Shown here piece after piece: positions 1 through 9,632 of a stretch of 64,000 bases of DNA (position 1 is the first letter of the stretch; each line of letters opens with the position of its first letter). Where the stretch lies: the UHGV virus genome UHGV-1366603; one strand, given 5' to 3'. The notes beneath the pieces are model-generated. The model saw only the letters and a program-made list of their open reading frames with translations, was not told the DNA's origin and made no database searches. This DNA is from a virus. The position numbers were made by a program, and so were the translations under genes.

Positions 1-1
1 A

Positions 2-478
2 ATGGAAACCAGCCCGTTCTATCTGCTGCGTAACTCGTCGTATATGAACATGGGTGTCCACCTGACGATTGAGTTGTTCCGTGTGACTGCGCTGATTGCC
101 CAAGCTGCCATTCCGATTCTTCCGGTTATCTCTGTTACGTTCGGCATGATTCTGAACGACCCAGATAACACCATCTACGATCCGCCGCAGGAACGTTTTG
201 AAGCGATGCGCCGTACGCTGGTAGAAGAACTGAATACCATCAAAGACAAAAACACGAAAGCGGCTAACGAGCAACGTAAACGTATTCTGGATGGTATCGC
301 GGTAATTGACCGTATTCTCCTTACGGTTAAAGACAAAGATAACCTGTATCAGTTTATCTGGAAGACGCTGACACCGAAAGGGCGTCGTGACCGTGCTGCG
401 GTGGATTATCAGCGCGCTATCGGGAAGTATATGTCGAATGACCTCCGTATCGCTTCTGCCATGTTTAACGTCGATTAA
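2..478 (+). CDS. hypothetical protein, 5'-truncated at window edge
   Basis: Open frame from window start to stop at 476-478; next gene follows with RBS at 493. Confidence 0.6.
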   Translation: METSPFYLLRNSSYMNMGVHLTIELFRVTALIAQAAIPILPVISVTFGMILNDPDNTIYDPPQERFEAMRRTLVEELNTIKDKNTKAANEQRKRILDGIAVIDRILLTVKDKDNLYQFIWKTLTPKGRRDRAAVDYQRAIGKYMSNDLRIASAMFNVD

Positions 479-492
479 GTAAAGGTAAAACC

Positions 493-936
493 ATGACGCA
501 TAAAGTTTCTCTGAATTCGTTAGTTCTGGATTTTAAACGTGCTAACGAAGGTAAAGGTGTTCAGGCGCAGCGTGCCCTGACTGGCCTGGTTGCATTCTCG
601 CTGGCGTATAATGCTGATATGCCGGACAACGGACCGTATGGTTCTAACGAAGTTTCACAAATCAAACTTCGACCACTGATGAAAAACGTGGTATCCGACG
701 TTAACGAGCTTTACTGCGTTGACTTAGGCACTATTGAAGATCTGACCGTTGCGTTGTTCTGTAACCGTTACGACAGCGCCTGGGGTGGACGTCGTGCAAT
801 TGAAAACTTCTCCGTACGTGAGATTTTCAACGAAGCCTTAGGTGATGACGTTTGGAACACCGTCAACCTGTGGCTGGAACGTTTTGTCGACGCAGTGAAA
901 TTCTACATGGATGAAACGCGAGGCAAATTATCATGA
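493..936 (+). CDS. hypothetical protein
   Basis: 147-aa ORF, AAAGG RBS upstream, stop overlaps next start (ATGA). Confidence 0.7.
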   Translation: MTHKVSLNSLVLDFKRANEGKGVQAQRALTGLVAFSLAYNADMPDNGPYGSNEVSQIKLRPLMKNVVSDVNELYCVDLGTIEDLTVALFCNRYDSAWGGRRAIENFSVREIFNEALGDDVWNTVNLWLERFVDAVKFYMDETRGKLS

Positions 937-2606
937 GCATGGAAATGACAGCAAACATTGCACAGCCGCAATGGAAACTCGACGAACTTCCAACCATTAT
1001 CGAACAGCGAATGGAAGAACGTATCGATTCTGTCAGCCAGCTCAACCTCTACATGCAGCGTAACGAAGCCGATTTGATTTACGGTTCACGTATTATCGCG
1101 CAGATTGAAGCGATTCTTCGTGAAGTTCGTAAAGCGGGTCTAAACCGTGACGTTGCCGTAGCGACGGAATCTTTGCGTCCGGGTACCATTCCGAAAGCGG
1201 TGCAGAGCATCCTGACGTCGAACTACAGCCGTACTCATCAGAAAGAAACCGTCATCGCGCTAGAGTCTTACGCGAACTTCGGTAAGATCAGTCTTATCGT
1301 GATGGTAATGATGGGGATTATGAAAATCCTGAACTGGATTATCAGTAACGCTGTACCGTTTGCAGGGGCTGCTGACGTGGATGGGGACGAGTATCGTGAC
1401 AAACTCTTAGAGAAGATCGATGCGGTTCCTTTCATTGAACGTCTGAAAATCACCGCGCTGAAAGAAGCGTATATGGAGGCGTCAAAAGGACTGAAAGACG
1501 GTGAATTGAATAACCTGGAACTGGCTATTCTGATGGCGGATGAAGTCCTGACGAACATGAACGCAGAAGACCTGTTGAACAAGCTCAGTGCGGCACTGGG
1601 CCGTTCTCCGTTCGTAGGGATGTTTAAAGACTACACGAAACGTCGTCAGAACGAACAGCAGGTTATCCACGATATCCTCGATACGTTGCTGCGTACTAAT
1701 ATCGGTTGTGCGGTATTCAGTCAGCAGGTTTGTGACGAAGTGTACAAAGGTTTACCGGCGGACGTTCGTAAAGCAGGTGTCAACATTCCTAACGAAGCGT
1801 TCTACCGTCAGATGGGAAGAAACCTGGAGAGCTTCTCCGCAGGGTTAAAACGTCTAGAACAGTCGTTAAAAGACCTCAAGATGTATTACTTGTCAGGTGA
1901 CCGCACACTGGGCACAAATCAAGAAAACCGCATTAGTGCAACGGGCATCGTTCAAGCACTGGCGTTGCTTAACGGTGAAATCGAAATGGCGTTAACCGAT
2001 TTTGCATCGTGCCGTGGTGCACCGCTACCAACGATGATGGTGAAATCCGATCGTGGCTTAATCGGCTATTCGTCTCGCGAGTTCGGTAATGGTTTCATCA
2101 TCGCTTCTGCGGGGGTTAACTCGTATTTCGGTTCTGCGGCTAACATGGAAATTATGCGCCAGGAGCTGAGCTTTACCAGCGGTGATTCTCGTGAACTGTT
2201 AGCGTGTCTGATAACGTTAGTCCGTAGCGGGATTACTAAAGGACCAGCCGATACGTCTCTCGACCGCTTCAAAGTGGTGGAGAAACAGATCGAGAAAGTG
2301 GTTAGCCAGTTGAAAGACATGTCTCGCCAATCGCGTTCTGGTATGAACAGCAAAGCTTGGCAGATGATGGAACAAGCGTTCCGTGACGAAGCACAACGTT
2401 CAGAACTGTACGAACTGAACTTTGGTCGTGAACTGACGACGATGACCGTGATGGACCCAGACCGAAACGTGTGGGATTCTGTTGCGTTTACGACGGAACT
2501 GATTAAGTCCTGGACAACTGCCGCCGGTGCGCTGGCGACGATTCTGAAACGGGCTAAGAACAACCCGCTGGTAAAAGGTGGGAAGTTTAATAAACTCGTC
2601 GACTAA
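933..2606 (+). CDS. hypothetical protein (557 aa), probable virion/morphogenesis protein
   Basis: Long ORF translationally coupled to upstream gene; ends at bidirectional terminator. Confidence 0.75.
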   Translation: MSMEMTANIAQPQWKLDELPTIIEQRMEERIDSVSQLNLYMQRNEADLIYGSRIIAQIEAILREVRKAGLNRDVAVATESLRPGTIPKAVQSILTSNYSRTHQKETVIALESYANFGKISLIVMVMMGIMKILNWIISNAVPFAGAADVDGDEYRDKLLEKIDAVPFIERLKITALKEAYMEASKGLKDGELNNLELAILMADEVLTNMNAEDLLNKLSAALGRSPFVGMFKDYTKRRQNEQQVIHDILDTLLRTNIGCAVFSQQVCDEVYKGLPADVRKAGVNIPNEAFYRQMGRNLESFSAGLKRLEQSLKDLKMYYLSGDRTLGTNQENRISATGIVQALALLNGEIEMALTDFASCRGAPLPTMMVKSDRGLIGYSSREFGNGFIIASAGVNSYFGSAANMEIMRQELSFTSGDSRELLACLITLVRSGITKGPADTSLDRFKVVEKQIEKVVSQLKDMSRQSRSGMNSKAWQMMEQAFRDEAQRSELYELNFGRELTTMTVMDPDRNVWDSVAFTTELIKSWTTAAGALATILKRAKNNPLVKGGKFNKLVD

Positions 2607-2613
2607 AAAAAGA

Positions 2614-2656
2614 AGTACCCTACTCCTTTTCGGGAGTAGGGTAGCTTTTTATTTTT
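2614..2656. terminator. bidirectional intrinsic terminator
   Basis: Hairpin TACCCTACTCC/GGAGTAGGGTA flanked by A-run upstream and T-run downstream, between convergent genes. Confidence 0.8.
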
Positions 2657-2657
2657 C

Positions 2658-5612
2658 TTAGTCTGCGGTGGTGTCGTGACGGTTGTAAACGATAACAACA
2701 TCGTCTTTCAGACCGATGTCACCGCTGGCTTCAATATCCAGTTTCTTACCAATCGTTGCGCGTGCAGCTTCGGATACCACAGTAAACAGACGCATGTCTT
2801 TGTCTGGCCCCATCGCATCCAACTCAACGCCGATAATCGACGTGTCAAGCGTTTCGCTGAGCTTATTACCAATCTCTGTTGCCGAGATAGTAAGATGTGA
2901 ACCCAAGTAGTCGTTGATAACTTGAGACGTTTTCTTACGAATCTGCGTTAACAGATCGCTGTTGCTACGGTTAGCCGCTGTGAGGTAATAACGAACGGTA
3001 AACTGGTTTTCAGCCGGTATCGGTGTAACCACCCCGTCTTCGGTACGCGCATCGATATAACCCATCGTGGTGATAGGAACGAAATACCCTTCCGTACGCT
3101 CTAACAACATCGGTTTTAACGTCGGTAGAACCACGGTCACGTAGTTAACGATATTCTCAATAACCGCGTTCAGATAGGATTTCGCAGACGCTGTGGTAGC
3201 GAATTTATAACGTGCGTCGAAGACTGCCATTTCACTACGGAACTTAATAGAACGTGATTTCGCAATCTTAGGATTACCGTACTCGTCTTTTACTAAGTCC
3301 CCTTCGCGGTGCAGGATAATCTGCTGGCCGGTTTCGTCAAGCTTAGGATCGCCTTTACGGTGTTCATAAGTGATTTGTAGCGGTGGTGTACGGCCTGCGT
3401 CGTACGTGTAAACCGGAACCCCATTCTCATCACGTTTCACCACGTCAATTTCCCACGTTGCTAATACGTCTTTGTCGTAATACTCGTAGTTGATGCTGTC
3501 AGTAACAGCACGAGCTTTACGCCAATAGTACGTCATCGCTTTACCCAGTTCGATTTTGAATATCTCGTGGGTAATACCGATAGCGTCACGAGAAGGCGCT
3601 GTGATTAACGTATCCATCTCTACACGTTCGTAGTTCCCAGGGTAATAACCTGTGCAACCGTAGAACAGGTTAAAATCTGTCAACAGAGGAACGGGTGTTT
3701 CCGTTGGGTTACTTCCGTTAATGCGCGTGTTGGTGAGTACCAGTTCGTCGTTACGGTCAACGTCCAGGTTAGTTTCCAGCAAGAACTCCCAAACACGTTC
3801 GCTGCCCTGCTTACCGACTAACGTACCGTTAATGTACGCCAAGGTGTTATCGGAATTACGAGGGCGGAAAGACAGCTGTGCAAAGACTTGGTCATCAGTC
3901 AGTGCCTGGTAAGGTGCTTCTGACTTCGTAACCGTACGCAACACATAACCTGCTTCCGTTTTCTCGATAGTGTAGTCAGCGGTAACGACGCTGAGCTCCG
4001 TCGAGACGTTGGTCGCAATAAAGCGTTTGGAGTTTAATAGCGGTTTATCCAACTGGTAAATACGCACGTCAATCGCTTTGTTGTTAATATCAACAACGTA
4101 ATGGAACGGTGTAAACAAATAACGGTTCGTGTTTGCTGCGTTAATCAGGTCTTCCTTACGCATGGTCTTCGCTAACACCGTCATTTCGGCATCTACAGTC
4201 AGACTGGTATCCGTAAAGCGATACAGCGTATCAGGAAGAATGGTCAGGCGATTACCGTTGACTTTCACTGTCGGAAGATTAACCAGCTCGTTCCAGGAGA
4301 AATAGAACGGGGCAGTAATCGTACCAATCGGTGAACTGACGTTAGCAATTGTCGATTCCAACATCGGTGCTGTCATGAAGTACGTACGACTGGTCACGTA
4401 GTCGTTAGGTTTAGACAACGTGAGACCGTAATCGGAAACCGTAGCTTCAAGCTGCTTTTCTGTCACAGGCAGTTTACGAGCACCTACGGCGTTGTTAACA
4501 ACGCGAGTACGTAAATCGCTGAACGAAAGCTGACTACGACCACCCGACAGCATCTTCCCAGCTTTTGCTGCAAGCTGTTTAATAGAGAACGCTTTAATCG
4601 GGTTGATATAGTTCGCGTCGTACTCTTCGTTTAAATCGCGTAGACTGAAACTATACTCATCAGACGGGTATGCAGAGATGTCCAGCTCCAACGGCCCTAA
4701 GGTCGTATAGACGTCCATCCTGATAGTCCCACTGACGAGATTCTTCGCCATGTAAATAGATGGAATCGTACAACGGATGTTACCGTTACCCACCTGAATC
4801 AATGCTGTTGGTGTGTTCGGGTCGTAAACATCGCGACTGTGGGTGTGCTGAATCTCTACCCACTTGTTGCTACCCGTTGCCTTCATCCAAACACGAACGT
4901 AGAAGAATTTGTTAGTGTAAGCACGGGTCATGACGAAAGTATTGTTACCTTCGACGGTGTTACTTTCTTCTTTCACCGCATACTGCATAACCGGGATATG
5001 AATAGCCAGCAGCTGTGACGACGTTGTGTTAGTGGACGTTAGTTCCCATTCCAGTGCGTTCGTGGAAACTGGTGAAATCGGTGATTGTGTTTCAGTAATC
5101 CACAGTACCTGGAAAGCCGGGTTCTCGTTCGTTCCGTATGGAAGTACACGGATTTCAATTGGATATTGAATAGCAAACGTGTAACCAGAAACCGTAAAGA
5201 CCGTGTCACGTGGGATAACGACTTTACGAACCCCCGCGATTTGCAACGGATACGCTTTCGAGATTAAGCTGTCAACGTCAATTAACAGTAACAGTTCTGT
5301 AGTAGCAGGCTGCGCAAAGACGTCAACGTAATCCACGTCTGACATGTGTCGGAACAGGTCATCGTACGTCTGTGCCATTGACGGGAACGTTTTAGGAATA
5401 GATTCCTGGAGCCCCATCAACGTCGCGTGCCCCATCATTGTTCCCATTTCTGCCAAATAAACGACAGGGTCGGTAGGGTCACGGAGATAAATCTGACCAT
5501 CGGCATCTTCAACATCTTGAAGCTGGTTTAGCAGCATTGTCTGCATCGCCGCAGGGTTGTGTGCGAACAGCAGAAGTTTCTTTGCCAAAGTATCGTAAGT
5601 TGTTGAACTCAT
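2658..5612 (-). CDS. hypothetical large protein (984 aa), probable structural protein
   Basis: Long minus-strand ORF; start overlaps stop of upstream minus gene at 5612. Confidence 0.8.
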   Translation of the reverse strand: MSSTTYDTLAKKLLLFAHNPAAMQTMLLNQLQDVEDADGQIYLRDPTDPVVYLAEMGTMMGHATLMGLQESIPKTFPSMAQTYDDLFRHMSDVDYVDVFAQPATTELLLLIDVDSLISKAYPLQIAGVRKVVIPRDTVFTVSGYTFAIQYPIEIRVLPYGTNENPAFQVLWITETQSPISPVSTNALEWELTSTNTTSSQLLAIHIPVMQYAVKEESNTVEGNNTFVMTRAYTNKFFYVRVWMKATGSNKWVEIQHTHSRDVYDPNTPTALIQVGNGNIRCTIPSIYMAKNLVSGTIRMDVYTTLGPLELDISAYPSDEYSFSLRDLNEEYDANYINPIKAFSIKQLAAKAGKMLSGGRSQLSFSDLRTRVVNNAVGARKLPVTEKQLEATVSDYGLTLSKPNDYVTSRTYFMTAPMLESTIANVSSPIGTITAPFYFSWNELVNLPTVKVNGNRLTILPDTLYRFTDTSLTVDAEMTVLAKTMRKEDLINAANTNRYLFTPFHYVVDINNKAIDVRIYQLDKPLLNSKRFIATNVSTELSVVTADYTIEKTEAGYVLRTVTKSEAPYQALTDDQVFAQLSFRPRNSDNTLAYINGTLVGKQGSERVWEFLLETNLDVDRNDELVLTNTRINGSNPTETPVPLLTDFNLFYGCTGYYPGNYERVEMDTLITAPSRDAIGITHEIFKIELGKAMTYYWRKARAVTDSINYEYYDKDVLATWEIDVVKRDENGVPVYTYDAGRTPPLQITYEHRKGDPKLDETGQQIILHREGDLVKDEYGNPKIAKSRSIKFRSEMAVFDARYKFATTASAKSYLNAVIENIVNYVTVVLPTLKPMLLERTEGYFVPITTMGYIDARTEDGVVTPIPAENQFTVRYYLTAANRSNSDLLTQIRKKTSQVINDYLGSHLTISATEIGNKLSETLDTSIIGVELDAMGPDKDMRLFTVVSEAARATIGKKLDIEASGDIGLKDDVVIVYNRHDTTAD

Positions 5613-6916
5613 CAGTTAGTACCTGCCTCTGTAACAAGACCATTGACGCTGTCAAGTAATCCTGCTTTCTTGAGAATATATTGATAGTCTGCTTGGTAGA
5701 CATACCAGGTAAGCTTGCGCCGTACGGAATCGATATGTGGATAGCCGTAATAGTTAAATAAAGGCAATAACTGTGGCGCGATAGGAACAAGTTGGCTGCT
5801 GGCCATCGGGATAAAATTCCCCGAAGCGACTGAGCCGGGCTGCGGGAGCATATCTGGGTTAAACATCCCAACAGTTTTATTGAACATCTCCATGTAAAGC
5901 GGATCGTTAAACCGTGCCCCGATTGCTTGCCAGTTGATGTTAATCGTCACGTCGTCATTTAACTGCGGCTTTGAGTTATCGACGTTCGCCATTTGACCCG
6001 CGTTATCGTTCATCGGCCAGGCTACACAAATTGTCCAGAAACGGGTAATGTTCCCTAACGCATCGTAACGTAGACCGTAGATACGTGACTGGTAATCAAT
6101 GCGTCGTTGAATGGAGTTGCGCATCTTCGGACGGAACTTACCCATCTTAATACCCGCCATATACTCCAACCACACACCCATCATTCTCATTAACGGGTCA
6201 CCGTAGGGGTTGTTTAGGGACATTGACACAGAGAACGCGTTGTTGATTTCGTGCGTAGAATCAACCATACCCCACTGTTCGCGCATCAAGCCTTCACTGG
6301 CCATCCAGTTATCGACGGACTGATCGGGTGTTCCGCTTAAACTGATCAGCTGCGTACTGAGTATTGGTATGAACGCTTGTAGATTATCGAATCTTACCTG
6401 CGGCATAAACGGAGTACCTAAGCGGTTTCTTCGTATCCCCGTTTTGCTCTCAACAGGTGAGTCCGAAAACCCTAATTCGAAATCAGGGTCGAGAGCAGCA
6501 AGTATCGAATAATCTAAAGAGTCCTTCGGCTGCAATGCCATGTTTGACATTTTACGCGACTTGGCAATGTTGTCGTAGCACAGGTTGAAATCGGGCCGGG
6601 TAATAAATGTTAGACCACCGTATTCTCGGTTGATTGGCGTGGGGTTAGACGCCATCATATGGTTGAACCCCATGTAGGGGTTGGTCAAACGCTGCGCAGC
6701 AAGACCCAAACCTACAGTAAGGCGGATACGATCGTTCCATGCCGTAAGTTCGGTGTTTGCATCGTAAGGTGTTGCCGGATTGTTGTTGCTGAGTCGGTTA
6801 TTAAAATACCCGGCAACAGAAGGCACCGCGTCCGCGTTATTCGGATTGTGGAGAGAATCGTCGTAATCAGTATTCGGGTCATACCCCGGATCGTTCTTAT
6901 CTGTCTCGTCACTCAT
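5612..6916 (-). CDS. hypothetical protein (434 aa)
   Basis: Minus-strand ORF, GGAG RBS in palindrome AACTCCGGAGTT upstream of start at 6916. Confidence 0.75.
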   Translation of the reverse strand: MSDETDKNDPGYDPNTDYDDSLHNPNNADAVPSVAGYFNNRLSNNNPATPYDANTELTAWNDRIRLTVGLGLAAQRLTNPYMGFNHMMASNPTPINREYGGLTFITRPDFNLCYDNIAKSRKMSNMALQPKDSLDYSILAALDPDFELGFSDSPVESKTGIRRNRLGTPFMPQVRFDNLQAFIPILSTQLISLSGTPDQSVDNWMASEGLMREQWGMVDSTHEINNAFSVSMSLNNPYGDPLMRMMGVWLEYMAGIKMGKFRPKMRNSIQRRIDYQSRIYGLRYDALGNITRFWTICVAWPMNDNAGQMANVDNSKPQLNDDVTININWQAIGARFNDPLYMEMFNKTVGMFNPDMLPQPGSVASGNFIPMASSQLVPIAPQLLPLFNYYGYPHIDSVRRKLTWYVYQADYQYILKKAGLLDSVNGLVTEAGTN

Positions 6917-6942
6917 CTTTAACTCCGGAGTTCATTAGGAAA

Positions 6943-8049
6943 ATGTTAGAAAAAACGTTTGAGACAAGCGTTGTCTCTTTCCTCTCCAGACTTCCCATGC
7001 TGTTTCGTTCGCGTGCGGAGTCGATGGAGGAATTTAACTCCGTGCTCTATAATGAGCACATTACCTTAGTCGAACAAAGCCTGCTGGGTTTAGATTACCT
7101 TCCGGGAATTCTGGAGAAAATCCAAGTTTTGCTGGCAGGAAACCAACTTACTGCAATCTCACTGTTAACGGGTGTGCCTGACGTTGATATTATCGGTACG
7201 CTGGATCAAGTAAGCACTCGTCGTAGCGCACTCGATAACGCAGTGCGGAGCGGCTCACGCTTAGCAGCACTGGCAGTCGGCGAATCTTCCCGCCTAGGAT
7301 TACCATCATACGATAAAATCGGCATTGCTGTGGGTGAATGCGCCCGCCGTGTCGCACAGGAATCCAAAGGTTCCGTTACCGGCGGTAAAGCAGACCCGAT
7401 TAAACAACTGTTCGATCAGGAAGGACTGTCTAACGGGAAAATGTTCTCTGTAACGTTTGAACGTGACGGTAATAAAGTCGAACTTCCAATGCGTTTACGT
7501 TTGGACGTTAAGTCCCTTCCGACCGACCAGATTGAAACTCTGATTGCATTCAGCGACCAGACGAAAACGTTCTGGGAACGTTGGCTGCGTGCACGTGTAG
7601 GTGCACTGAGCTACGTTAAAGACATTGCGTTTTGTAACGACCTGGTAGAAGAATACCGTAAGAACCGTTATCGCGATAAGTCAGGCTACTATCGTAAGAT
7701 GATGGAGAAGAAAAACGGTAACTGGCTGTCTGGCTTGCTGACGCTGGCACCGTCTATTAATAACGCTTCTTCTGTCATGGTGGTTTCTCAAGACACTATC
7801 GACGGTCTGACTGCCCAGCTAGGCGGTGAGTTTGACGATTTCAATATTCGTCAGCGTGTCTTTAAAGACACCTTAACCGTCTATTACGTGGTAGTGGATA
7901 CCGCGTGGAACCGCGTTACTATTTATACTCGCGGTCAGAACGGTTCTCAGGAACTTGATAAATCCGATTTCAGCAAAGCGAAGTCCGGTAGCGCCGATGT
8001 GAACAAAATCATTGAAGCGTATCGCTCTGGCGCACAGCCAGTTCTTTAA
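6943..8049 (+). CDS. hypothetical protein (368 aa)
   Basis: ORF diverging from 5612..6916 with 26-bp spacer. Confidence 0.75.
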   Translation: MLEKTFETSVVSFLSRLPMLFRSRAESMEEFNSVLYNEHITLVEQSLLGLDYLPGILEKIQVLLAGNQLTAISLLTGVPDVDIIGTLDQVSTRRSALDNAVRSGSRLAALAVGESSRLGLPSYDKIGIAVGECARRVAQESKGSVTGGKADPIKQLFDQEGLSNGKMFSVTFERDGNKVELPMRLRLDVKSLPTDQIETLIAFSDQTKTFWERWLRARVGALSYVKDIAFCNDLVEEYRKNRYRDKSGYYRKMMEKKNGNWLSGLLTLAPSINNASSVMVVSQDTIDGLTAQLGGEFDDFNIRQRVFKDTLTVYYVVVDTAWNRVTIYTRGQNGSQELDKSDFSKAKSGSADVNKIIEAYRSGAQPVL

Positions 8050-8059
8050 GGGGTAAGGC

Positions 8060-8995
8060 ATGGCATTCCCGAATATGCTCGCTATGTTGTTGCCGAGCTT
8101 TGAAGCAACAAACTTGAAAAATCAGCTTTCGTCCAACTGCGATGCAATTGGCGAACAACTTTTACCACGTTTCCAGTCTTTACAAGAACTGGTAGCGTCG
8201 AAAGAAGGCAAACCGTTTAAATCGAAAACGGTACAAGAAATATCCGATGAAGTGGTTAACTACCTGCGGACTTCCGGTCTGGAAGCCAAAGGTCTCCGCA
8301 ATCCATCGATGTTAGAGTACATCGTTTCCTCGATGGAAAACGTGTTGCAGTTGCGTTCTTTCTTAGACCAATGTATTGCGCGTGACATTGGTAAATCGTT
8401 AGTCACGTCTTCAATGACGTTTAATAAATTAACGGTGCTCAGACTGCTTGACCTGATTGATTTCTTCACAGGTTACAGTGCTACGTTACTTAACTACGTT
8501 ACCGCAGAAGAGATTGCCGCTGTCGAAGGCTCGAATATTGAAGTGAAGGGCATCGGTCCGAATGACCTTCAATACCTCAATACTCGTTCGGTCTCTTACT
8601 GCATCGCCATCCGTGTTTTGGCAACGCCGGTAAATAAACTGAAAGCGGATTATGCCGAAATCCCAGAAGCGATTTTCAACGACGAAACTTACGGTGAGTT
8701 GGTTCAGCAGTTCGGTTCGGGCTCGACTGACCCGCTGGGAATGAGCAGTGTACCGTTCCCGATCTCATTGGTACTTCGCGTTCGTTTGAATATTGCTGAA
8801 AGGCAGATGGATAAATACGACGAGTGCGTAGAAGCAGCGAAAGCTGCGGAGTTGCGTATCCTGCTTTACAAAAAGCAAGTAGCGGAAGGTAAGGGAGATG
8901 CGCACATCGAAAAACTCATCGAGCTAAGTGAAAAGCATCTGTTGGAACTCAAGCATAAGCGTGAGCGTCTTGAGAAGAAATACGGTTTAGTGTAA
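8060..8995 (+). CDS. hypothetical protein (311 aa)
   Basis: ORF with AAGGGG RBS, 10 bp after previous stop. Confidence 0.75.
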   Translation: MAFPNMLAMLLPSFEATNLKNQLSSNCDAIGEQLLPRFQSLQELVASKEGKPFKSKTVQEISDEVVNYLRTSGLEAKGLRNPSMLEYIVSSMENVLQLRSFLDQCIARDIGKSLVTSSMTFNKLTVLRLLDLIDFFTGYSATLLNYVTAEEIAAVEGSNIEVKGIGPNDLQYLNTRSVSYCIAIRVLATPVNKLKADYAEIPEAIFNDETYGELVQQFGSGSTDPLGMSSVPFPISLVLRVRLNIAERQMDKYDECVEAAKAAELRILLYKKQVAEGKGDAHIEKLIELSEKHLLELKHKRERLEKKYGLV

Positions 8996-9012
8996 ACCGT
9001 TAGGAGAGCCTC

Positions 9013-9573
9013 ATGTTTGAGCACGATAGTCCCGATTTTAATGTGGCTGTAGAGCGCATTAAAACCTATATGTCGATTTTATCAAAAAACCCAATCGACA
9101 CACACGATGACGAGCTTATTCACAAAACGCTGGAAGCGTGTGCGGTTGTATTACCGTACTTTCGTCTGTTAGCTGCTGACTCTGTGCAGCAGGTATTATA
9201 TGACGAATATCCGCAGGTCGGATTTACCTTTAATACGTTTTATAACGAAAGCGTAGCCTTCCTGCTTGATGGTAAACGACGCACTGTGACGTTAGGACAG
9301 TGGTCCGTATTGCTGTCGTCGTACATGAATGATGTTCGCAATACGAAGAACGTTGAACAGACGGGCTCATTGGGTGCACGTCTTCTTGCTGCTGCGTTTG
9401 GTCGCCGGGGTACTGTACGTAATATGGGTTCCGCTCACCAGTCTGTTGAGTGTAGCAAACGTCTTTTATCTTATGCAGACCATGAACTGCTGGCACGCTG
9501 GATGACACGCCCGAACGGGTTGTCCGACATGATCTCGTCGTTAGCAGTGTTTTTGAAAATCGCACGTCCCTAA
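9013..9573 (+). CDS. hypothetical protein (186 aa)
   Basis: ORF with TAGGAGAG RBS. Confidence 0.75.
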   Translation: MFEHDSPDFNVAVERIKTYMSILSKNPIDTHDDELIHKTLEACAVVLPYFRLLAADSVQQVLYDEYPQVGFTFNTFYNESVAFLLDGKRRTVTLGQWSVLLSSYMNDVRNTKNVEQTGSLGARLLAAAFGRRGTVRNMGSAHQSVECSKRLLSYADHELLARWMTRPNGLSDMISSLAVFLKIARP

Positions 9574-9604
9574 GGGGGCCCCTCATTCTAGGGGCGTGTA
9601 ATTG

Positions 9605-9616
9605 GGTTATATAACC
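9605..9616. promoter_or_regulatory. perfect 12-bp palindrome GGTTATATAACC upstream of highly expressed paralog gene (candidate promoter/operator)
   Basis: Read directly; sits 17 bp upstream of ATG 9633 between RBS and a GC hairpin. Confidence 0.3.
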
Positions 9617-9632
9617 AAAGGAAATAAACGAA

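Noticed and set aside
863-2563. Short minus-strand ORFs nested in plus-strand genes (863-1045, 1268-1582, 1482-1670, 2066-2563) and similar ones throughout the window
   Set aside because: Fully embedded in longer, better-supported genes on the opposite strand, with no RBS or terminators.
9574-9600. GGGGGCCCC palindrome after the 9013-9573 gene as a terminator
   Set aside because: Short GC palindrome without a T-run; kept only as part of the possible regulatory context upstream of the 9633 gene.
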